Below are positions 55,169-64,000 of a stretch of 64,000 bases of DNA, piece by piece. The stretch covers positions 34,472,001-34,536,000 of the forward strand of contig CM060731.1 in assembly GCA_030704615.1 (NCBI GenBank). The letters run 5' to 3'. Under the pieces are notes generated by a model, which worked only from the letters and a program-made list of their open reading frames with translations, did no database searches and had not been told where the DNA came from. The first letter of the stretch is position 1. Every line of letters begins with the position of its first letter. Made by a program: the position numbers and the translations under genes. This stretch comes from Takakia lepidozioides. Taxonomy: Eukaryota > Plantae > Bryophyta.

Positions 55169-55324
55169 ATGAGCTGCGCGACTGCCGCTCTCGTGAAGAT
55201 AAGACAGACCAGGTGTCAAACTAAACTTGACACCTGATTTAACACTTGACCTAAATCCAAGTGTTAAATACAAATAACTAGTTTTATTCTAGCTGTTTTC
55301 ACATTGTGCTTATTTAACTTGACA
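55169..55324 (-). repeat. Terminal repeat A1 of element 2 (5' end, 156 bp)
   Basis: Starts TGTCAAG at the TSD; identical to 29147-29302; no B segment adjacent. Confidence 0.95.
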
Positions 55325-57901
55325 CCACCAATTGAGCCGCACGTGGCTGCCCCACTTGATTTACCACTGCTAGAGGTGGACGGTCATCATGTCGCACCCT
55401 CTGTGGTTGCCTCCCTTGGTCCAAAATGCTCTCAACTGTGAGATTCGGTGGCCGTTGAATGGAATCGTATGCTCTCTTGAACAGCTCTGGTGGTACAAGA
55501 TTGGTCCACCACAAATCGAGGTCGATGCGCTCGTGATCCCACCGCTGCTGCATCCAATAGCACTGCCGATCCAATCCAAGACCGCACCTGATGCACACTG
55601 GCCATAACCCTGGTCCGAGAGCAGGGATGCCCATAAGAGGAACATTCTCCAAGATATAGGCTAGAGGTTGCACTTGCCTCGTCTGCAAGTCACGCAACAC
55701 ACTCACCATCTCCCAAAACAAATGCGATCGTGCATCATGCAAGCCGTTCCCATGACCTGCGAGAGAGTGTCTTTGGCAAGGCCATCCAGCTATCACCAAG
55801 TCAATGGCACCATGCTGGTCCAAATCATCCGCCCCCAGCAAGGTAATGTCTGCTGGCAAGGCTTTTTGATACCCTTGAATTGCTGAGAGATGCAACAACT
55901 CAGGATACCGGTGTGTGAGCAAGGCGATGTGGCGCATAGAAATACGCCAAGCTACCTCATCCTTCTCCATATATAAGTATTTGCGTACTTTAATCCCAGC
56001 TTGCAACACTCCTGCAAGCCCAGTGCTCATGCCTCCAAACAGGTCTAGCAAACAAATCCCTGAGTCAGGTGGTTGCCAGGTAATGGGCACTGTATCCAAA
56101 GGAGCTAACTGAGGAGGTCCAGGTGATGTCACTGAACTCCCCTCACTCACCAATGGATAGGCCTCCTGACATGCTTGGTGCACACACTCGTCTGCTACTC
56201 GATGCAAATTCCTAACTGTACCCCATAGTGGAATATGAACAGATACATGAGGAAGCAAATCAGCCTTGTATGCCAATTGTTTGTCCTCATCAGGTGGTGG
56301 CCTATCATCTGCATGGCTATTGCCCTCCAAGAGCTTACCACCCCAAGCCACTACCCTTGAGAATGCAGCCAATGTGGGCATCATGTTCCTATGATCCACC
56401 GTTACATTCCCAATAAACCGCACTGAGAGTAGTGCACGTCGACCATCCCTTGACTGCCATTCCGGCCTGTAGGATGTCGTTTCCTCCCAAAAGTCCAAAG
56501 TAAAGCCCATCGGGTATAACACAACCCCACCAACAAGCACATCATAAGACATCGAGTCCGTAACAATGGCTTTAGCTCTCATGATAGAGCCATCTGTAGG
56601 ATGATCTGGCTGCAATCGAATGAAGAGCTCATGACGTGTAATCCCTCGTGCCTTCTCTGAACCGCCCAAAGATGTTTGAATTTGGAAAGGGCAAGGCTCC
56701 AAATCCGCCTCTGTAAGACTCAAGCCTGCAATTGCTGCTCTCCCCAACATCAATGGCTGTACTCCCGAGTCCAACAAGTCCCGCAATGGCCTATACCTCC
56801 TCCCGGCCGGGCCACCCAACTGAAACACACCATCCCAATGTCCACCAGGACTACCCCAGGAGTCACCATACTATGTTCAATGGCTGGTCTAGCTGGCAAC
56901 TCTTGCAACCTTGCAGCTGCCGCTTGCCAAGACGCAGCTGTGGCTGTCTTCACCCTTGAATCCAGGGCATCCATACACTACACCTGATCCGCTATTCCCG
57001 CAGATAGTGCCGATGCATCACCACTCTCACAGAGTCTAGCTGCCAGTCTAAACACTGCAGCTGGCCGCATCCCCGGCATTGCAATTGTCGTGGCAGAAAA
57101 CAATGGAGCTTGGCAAATCGCCGTAGCCACCCCCAACAATGTACTGGCTGTACTTTGCTTTGCAGCACCACCCACTGGCATTTCCCGAGCCATACCAACT
57201 CTCTCCAATAACATTCGTGGCTCTACTTCTGACACACTTGGGCGAGCGGGTGCCATCGATGGCATGGTTGGCACTGTCTCAGCCAATGTGAAAGACTATG
57301 GAAGCCTTGTCTGCCGACTTGCTTTTCCTCTTTGTGGATCAAAATCCACATCTGCTCCTCTTGGCTCAGAAGCACGCGTTGCTGCTCGAGTGACAGCAGC
57401 TGCAGAGTCCACATGCAATGGTCTTGCAAGTGCGGCTCCACACATGAAGCCCATACCAATCTGGTCTTCCCTAGGCATATGAGGTTGTGCAGGTGGGGCT
57501 TGAACCTCAAGTCTTGGAGCTGGCGCAACATGAGTAGTGGCCATGGTAGCAAGACATTGCTCTAGCTGGGCAAGTCTCTCCACCATGCCTTGATCATGAC
57601 CTTGACCCTGACCCTGTGCTCCTTGGTTTTGGTTATGTCCTCCACCCCGACCTCTGCCTTCTCTACCTCTCTGGACTATATTGCCTCGTCCTTGGCCACC
57701 ATTGTTCCCTTGGAACTGGCTTGGCCGTAGCTCAAGATGCAAGTCATAACAATGGGCGTCTTGATGCCCATACTTGCCACAATGCCCACACTGTAGTTGT
57801 GTAGGCGGTGTCTGTGCTGGCCTTTTGCCTCTCTCCGGGCAATCTCTCTTAACATGGGGTCCTCCACAATCCCAACATGTCACACTCGACTGTTGTTGGC
57901 C
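55325..57901 (-). pseudogene. Inverted gag C-terminus, protease and DNMT of element 1
   Basis: CWDCGGPHVKRDC, LLDSGV, LLDLFGGMSTG, AGWPCQ, YILENV, with stops and frameshifts. Continues past element 2 at 29059-28985 (VEPNADERERAMGF). Confidence 0.92.
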
Positions 57902-60168
57902 AGAGGCATCACGCTGACATGTGTTGGGTCAAGCAATTGATCTAAATTGCTTGACATGGGTCATTGGCTTGTGCATGGCTGAGCAACGGAGGTTGTAGAC
58001 AGTGGTGGCTACTTCTGCACTCCCATTTGATATTGTATCCCATCTGCCAACCGGGACGGTTGAGGCAGCGAGTGGGGGCGAGCACATGATCATGGGGTGC
58101 AAACACCCATGGCAGATGTGGGATGAGATGCGGAAAGAGAGAGTCATTGGATCTCTCAAACAGCAATATGAGGAGTGGGAAGAGCCATACACTGAGGATC
58201 AGTTGGAGGCCAAGGTGGCCAATGTTTTTGAAAAGAGTTCGTAGTGGCATATGCTAGCCGCTCAAACAATGATGCCGATGCGAAGTATAGTTCCTATGAA
58301 GGGGAGTGTCTAGCTGCGGTATGGGCAGTAACACATTTCAGATGCTACCTCTATGGCACCATTGTCACGGATCACCAACCATTGAAGTGGTTGATGGAGT
58401 CAGACAAGCTTACAGAGAAACTTGCATGGTGGGCACTTATGCTTCAAGAATACGACTTTCAGGTGGTGCATCGAGCCGGTATTGTCAATCGGGATACAGA
58501 TGGATTGAGTCGTAATCCATGCACGAGCGAGCATGATGATACTGGAGCTCGGTGGCATGGTGAGACGGATGAGGAGATGGTGCCAGGATGGCATGCATCT
58601 GTCTTTTTGTGCATCCTAGCAATGGGAGCTCAAGCTGGTCCATCCCATAGCATTGGTCATGTAGATGGTGTACATGACGATCCGGAGATCAGTGAGGAGC
58701 TTGGTGGTGTTAAGGATGTGCATGAAGATGCAGCAGTGTTGGCCTACCTTCGTACTAGAGAGACAGCAGCCAGTGTGACTGCTAAGGAGAGAGATTGGAT
58801 CCTACAACGAGCCAAGAGGTTCAAGTGGGAGGGGACTCACCTACTCCGAGTATGGGAGGATGGACGAGTGAGGAGTGTGCCTCATCCAACACAACGAGCG
58901 CGATTGGTATGCCATGCTCATGAGGAGTTGGGACATTTTGGGGTGCGGCGCACTCATAGTTTGCTGCAAGGATAATACTGGTGGCGGGGCATGCACACGG
59001 ATGTGCAACAGTTAGTGGCAAGGTGCATGGTGTGTGATAGAGTGCGAGCTTCTTTCAATGCATCTATTCCACAAATTGCATCCTTTACCCATTATGGGTT
59101 TGGGCTATCGTTGGAGTTTTGACTTCGCAGGCCCATTGCCACTAACGATTCGCCATAACAAGTATGTGCTGGTGATGATGGAACATTTCTCCAAGTGGAT
59201 TGAACTGGTGGCATTGCCTGACAAGGCAAGTGAGGGGGCTGCGTATGCATTCTTCGATCGAGTGCTTAGCCAATTTGGTGCTCCAACCGAGGTACTCGCG
59301 GACCAGGGGAGAGAGTTCTTGGGGGAGTTTCAGACGTTGTGTGAGCAAGCCTTGATAGATCACCGCACTACTTCTCGGAATCATCCCGAGGCTGATGGCC
59401 TGGCAGAGAGGGTTGTACAAACAGTCAAGCGAGGCTTGCGCAAGTATGGCTCACAGAAGGGACACTTAGGAGATTGGGACCTTCAACTACCTTAGTTGGT
59501 CATAGGCTACAGGTTTAGCAAACAAGCATCACTTGCCTCGTTCTCGCCGTATTTCCTTCTCTTTGGTCGAGAGCCAGATTTGCCTGCATCTATTTGCAGG
59601 GAGACTGCAGTAGTTCTCAACCTTAATGATCCGGATGTGTGGACATAAGCATGTGCCCAGCGGACAGAGTTGTTCAAGAGAGTCATGCCTATGACTTTTG
59701 AGAACCTTGCTATTGCCCAACACCGAGACACATTGAGGTACATCACTATACGCGGAGGGGGATATCGGCCAGGTGTTCGGCGTTTCCACCCTGGGGACTA
59801 TGTGTATCTGCAGCAGACAGCGCCTACGACTTTGGATGTCACAGCAGGGCGTGTGATTCTAAGGGTCCGGAAGGTGTTGCCTTCAGGAGTGTTGATTCTG
59901 GAGGGTTGAGATGGCATGGTATAGAAGGACCATGTGCGCAATTGTGCGCCATATCACCTTCCACATGTGGATGGGAGGATAGATCCCAACCTTTGCAGTG
60001 GTACCTGCAGGGTTGCGTTGCATGCTATGTGGGCATGCTGGTGGTGCCGCGACCATGTTGGTGTGTGACAAATGCTCAAGGGGGTGGCACATGGGATGCA
60101 TGACACCGCCACTTGATGAGGTTCCTAGTGGAGAATGGTTGTGTCCACGATGCCTTGGACATAGGTAG
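57902..60168 (+). pseudogene. DNMT C-terminus, RNaseH, integrase and PHD of element 1 (RT deleted)
   Basis: VLGQAIDLNCLTW, then a jump to REFVVAYASRSNN at ~58235; integrase core and CMLC...CPRC PHD with several stops. Confidence 0.92.
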
Positions 60169-60425
60169 TGGGCATAACAATGGTGGAATTGACAAGTGAT
60201 CCAAGGTCTAGCTGATGGGAGCTCAACGCCATAGATACTTAATTGAAGATCATGAAGTGCAGGAAGGCAAGTAACGATGGGGCTATTTTTGCACCCGGCC
60301 TCTTGATCTATTGACTTTAGATACTGGGACATGTGCGATTGAAGACCAAGCGATGATTTTATTGAGATGGATACTTGTCAGCTATCCGGTGTTAGAGGGA
60401 CCTAATCACCAGCTAGGGGGGCGAT

Positions 60426-60877
60426 TGTGGCATAGCTTTCTAGGATTGTGTGCTTAGAATGTATGGTGGACATCGATGTATGTTGTGGCACGATGCTTAG
60501 GTGCATGACAGCTGTCATGGTTTTAGTCACGGTTAACTAAAATTACCTACTTCTAGTTAACTATGACATTTTGGATATTTATATTTGTATTTTGTGTGTT
60601 GGGACTTCATTTGGTCTCACATGCCAAGTGAGGTGTCAAACCTCACTTGGGACATGGGGATGGGTTTTCCCCTTGTGAGTGTTGAGGAGGGCTCATCTTC
60701 TTGTAGTTGAGCCTCCATGAGCCTCTCTCACCTCCATAGCTCTAGGTATTGAGAGAGAGTGTGGTGAGGGCTTTGTAGGGTGGATTCCTTTAGCAAAGGT
60801 GCCTTTGGCTTGACTTAGTTTATGTGATTGAGTGGATTCATGAGTGGAGTGTTTCCATTGTGTGTTCACTTCCATTA
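60426..60877 (+). repeat. B1 (60426-60510) - GC - A2 (60513-60877) terminal repeats of element 1
   Basis: A2 matches 23741-24105. B1 is 85 bp, TG...CA, and follows the PPT-like tract; the junction reads TGACAGCTGTCA. Confidence 0.9.
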
Positions 60878-61293
60878 AAATTTTGTAATGACTTATATAC
60901 TTCATTTTATTTTTCATGAACCTGCTAGTCCTTAGTTTCCTGCAACCCTTTCCGAACGTTAGGGGGCGGTGCCCCCTTTCTCATCCTCATGGTTTGTACT
61001 CCGAGATTATTTTTACCTCGCTATTTTTCAAATTTTGGGCCCTTCCATCGGCCTTTAAAAAAATAAAACGTCATCATTCAGATGAATAATGAGAAAGAAA
61101 TGAAATAAAAGAAATAACAAGGGCGGGGCAGGTGCAGTGGCTACTGAAGAGGGACGAGGGCGGGGCTTCGCGGGGCCCGAGGGTGGCTATTGAAGAGGTA
61201 GCAAGGTGAGCAACTGAGGGCAGCGGGGCGGGCCCCGGCGAGCCAACATGGCACGTCAGAGCAGCCCAACCTACCACCGGACTCCGGCCAGCC
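60877..61293 (+). repeat. ~400-bp direct repeat, copy 2
   Basis: Aligns with 23348-23740. Confidence 0.9.
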
Positions 61294-61334
61294 CCTTGCG
61301 TGGGGCCTCATTCAATGCACCGTAATTGCATTGA

Positions 61335-63890
61335 TTACCAATGCTCTTTAGACTCAGCCTGCATAATCTCATTGGCTGCAATGACCTCCCAATCCACGTG
61401 TGTCAAAGATAGAAAATGACTGATGCGAAATAGGTCACGTCTCACAGCACAGACGAGCCGTCGTAATCCGTTAGCTGGATATCGATGTACAAAGAAAATG
61501 CAACACCTCCACAAGGATCTCGTCCCATGCATAAGAAATGAAACGAGACCCAACAATGTCGTCATATAGTGATTTTGTGCACTGGTTGTGCCACATGTCG
61601 TTGTCGTCGAGTATACGGAGAAAGCTGCGGGGGTGGACGGAGATGTGGTATTGCATAGAGCCGCAACACTGCAGTGAAGTTTAAAGTGACATTATACAAA
61701 AGTAAATAAAAGTATGTATTTGAATTCTAATGAATTTACAAATGGTTTAATGTCCTAATTAGATGTTATGTTGTACTTACGTAATTCCTGTTCACATAAA
61801 AAACCAAAAATATAATTTTGCAGCTAACTTGGAAGTCGTAGGCCTCCCCTTAGTGCAGAAGAAATGAAGGACTTAGTAAATTAAATGATTCTATCCTCCT
61901 TATCTGCATTGACCTCTCCAACAAAACATCACCCGGCGTAGGAATGCTGCCAGTACAAAAGAAAAATCACATTAGAATGGAGTGGAAAAGCAAGCAAGCA
62001 GAGGAGAGGACTGACATGGAAGCTTTAGAGACAGAAACTACGATTGTAGGTTGGTTGGCAACCGCTACTTGCAACCATTGCATGGACGTATAACTGAATT
62101 ACGATCCCTTGAAAGTGGAGATCCGTATAAGAGATGGGCGCTATACTCTTTAACGAGCTAATGATCCTCTGGTGTCAATATAAATCTGTAAAAACTGCCC
62201 ACATAATGGTCTCTAGTCCGATAACACTCCCAAGCCAAATCATCGTACGACTCCACATGGGGAATGCGTCCTTCAAAGGGATGCCGATGAAGCAAAAGAT
62301 AATCACCATCTCGATATAGTATAAATCCTGATGTATCACATTACAAAAAAAATAACAATCAACGCACATCAGCATGATACATCAAGTAGAATAATACATC
62401 TAAATATCTTACTAATAAGTCCTTCACATAAAGAAATATAGAAAACCTGAAATGCAAAGATAATCACAAAAATATCTTGGCACCAGACACACAACTCTTG
62501 ACAAAGGAAATAAAGTATACATCAATGAAATCAAACAATGTAGAGGTCATATGGGCACAAAAACGAAGCTTTAATATGGTCTTCTGCGCCAACAACTTGT
62601 TGATGAATCCAATTGCAACATCCGAATTTGCATCATCAATAAAGAGGTCTTCAACAACACCAACATCGAAGCAATTAAATGCTCCGCTTCTGCAATGGTC
62701 GGATAAGTGAAATTTGAAGATATAGCAGGCACAATGCAACCAGTGGATGGAACTGTTGTATATTGGCATGAAAGGGGTGCAGGCATGCAACATTTGCCCT
62801 CACCTGCAATAAGATTACCACAAAGCCTTCATCGATATTTCAATTTTAATCGACTCAAAAATTAAAATTGATTCACACAAGAGGTAGATTCAAGAATTCT
62901 AAAATCTAGATTTCAAAAGCTAATTAATCAATTCAATGAAAAATCAGGTTGTCTCTCACTGCTGCAACTTGGCACACTTTTATTTGAGGACTTAGCTCAA
63001 GAAAATACTAATGAATGGCATAACTCACAAACTAAAGAGTATGCCAAATATTTAGATAAATTGTAAGTCTTAACAAATTACGAAATACATGGGCAAATGA
63101 AACCATTAGTGGTGACTCAAAGACTAAACCTAAAGATGTAGCACACACAAAACAACCACGTGATAGAAGTGTTACGAATCGGGATGAAAGGCTTGCAGGC
63201 ATGCAACCTTTGCCCGCACCTGCAATAAAATTACCACACAATCTTCATCAATATATCAAATATCAATCTCTTGACTAATTTTTTTTTTGATTTATACAAG
63301 AGACACATTCAAGAATTTTAATGCCAAGAATTCTAAGGCTATGTCAATCTAATGAAATTTTTTAGAATTGTCAAATTGGGGAAGATGCTCACAATTATGA
63401 TTGTCTACAAATGTACTCACAAGGTAAAACAAAGATACTTTACCTTGCCGCAGATGGACTTGCATCGGAGAAGTGCACTTTGAACAGTCATCCGAGCAAG
63501 ACAAAACTATATCAATATGCCCGCTATGACCTTTAATGTTATAAAACAAAAATTGGACAGGTGAATCTTTGTGTGGTCTTCCTTCATCTCTACTGTCGGT
63601 CATGACATTGTACTCTTCTCCTTCACTTCGTCTTTCCAGCTTCTTTTCGCTCTTTCCTCCCTCAAAATAGACTCTCAGCTATTGGTATCATCTATCATCG
63701 AGAATGGCTTCATTGCCTCCAAGACATTGCATTACGACGACATGCGGGTGCATGTGTTGCGCTTCATTCAAAGCTACAAAGGGCAAGACAAAGTGTTGAG
63801 ATATGTAGGGGGGAACAATATCTATACATTGACCGTGGAGCTGGGCAAGCAGAAAGTAAAGCAACTACTCCAGGGCAGAAGAAGGAGCTA
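61335..63890 (-). other. Unidentified, probably decayed spliced coding sequence
   Basis: GC-richer ORF fragments alternate with AT-rich intron-like blocks. A duplicated acceptor plus exon start (TTGCAG|GTG.GGGCAAA.GTTGCATGCCTGCA) occurs at ~62780-62830 and ~63195-63245. No recognised domain. Confidence 0.25.
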
Positions 63891-64000
63891 AAGACTGCAG
63901 CACAAAGAAATGAAAACTATGTCATCCTCGATAATGCGCACAACAACTTTGTACTCCTCACACACACACTCTTGAGTTTTTCGCTTTTTGGTCACTATAA

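Larger units (their letters stand above)
29060..55324 (-). mobile_element. Young DNMT-carrying Ty3/Gypsy retrotransposon (element 2), ~11.7 kb excluding the nested MULE
   Basis: TG...CA ends. 4-bp TSD CCAC at 29056-29059 and 55325-55328; removing the element restores the host DNMT frame QL-VEPNADERE. Terminal repeat pairs look identical; the full domain set is present. Confidence 0.93.
23741..60876 (+). mobile_element. Old, rearranged DNMT-carrying Ty3/Gypsy retrotransposon (element 1) with split terminal repeats; hosts nested insertions
   Basis: A1 = 23741-24105 (TGTCATGG...). gag on + to ~28984; inverted block ~28985-57901; DNMT end plus RNaseH-IN-PHD on + at 57902-60168. PPT-like AGCTAGGGGGGCGAT at 60411-60425, B1 60426-60510, GC, A2 60513-60877. 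Many stops; RT deleted near 58235. Confidence 0.85.

Noticed and set aside
29060-55324. DIRS/Ngaro tyrosine-recombinase element
   Set aside because: It encodes an aspartic protease and an HHCC/DDE integrase, makes a TSD, and no tyrosine recombinase motif was seen.

Overview
Eukaryotic nuclear DNA from a land plant, probably a non-seed plant (inferred from gene style and transposon content; not identified further). The first ~20 kb holds two intron-rich host genes: a group-IV calcium-dependent protein kinase on the minus strand (3' end off-window) and a plastid-targeted membrane protein on the plus strand. Small non-autonomous DNA transposons (piggyBac-like TTAA elements, a hAT-type MITE) lie between them, and a decayed Mutator follows. 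From 23.7 kb to 60.9 kb there is a nested transposon stack. An old, internally inverted Ty3/Gypsy element (23741-60876) contains a young relative (29060-55324, 4-bp TSD). Both encode gag-protease-[DNMT3-like C5 cytosine methyltransferase] and RNaseH-integrase-PHD; RT is present only in the young copy. Neither has ordinary LTRs: the young copy ends in split direct repeats (A ... B-GC-A-B) with a palindromic CAGCTG end-to-start junction, and the old copy shows the same A ... B-GC-A but lacks the final B. Inside the young element sits a 14.6-kb Mutator-type transposon (9-bp TSD). It carries an apparently intact transposase and a divergently oriented spliced gene fusing a ParB-like domain to a beta-class N4C/N6A-type DNA methyltransferase fold. 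About 39 copies of a 116-bp palindromic repeat lie between these two genes. All calls come from reading the sequence and recalled motifs; no searches were run.
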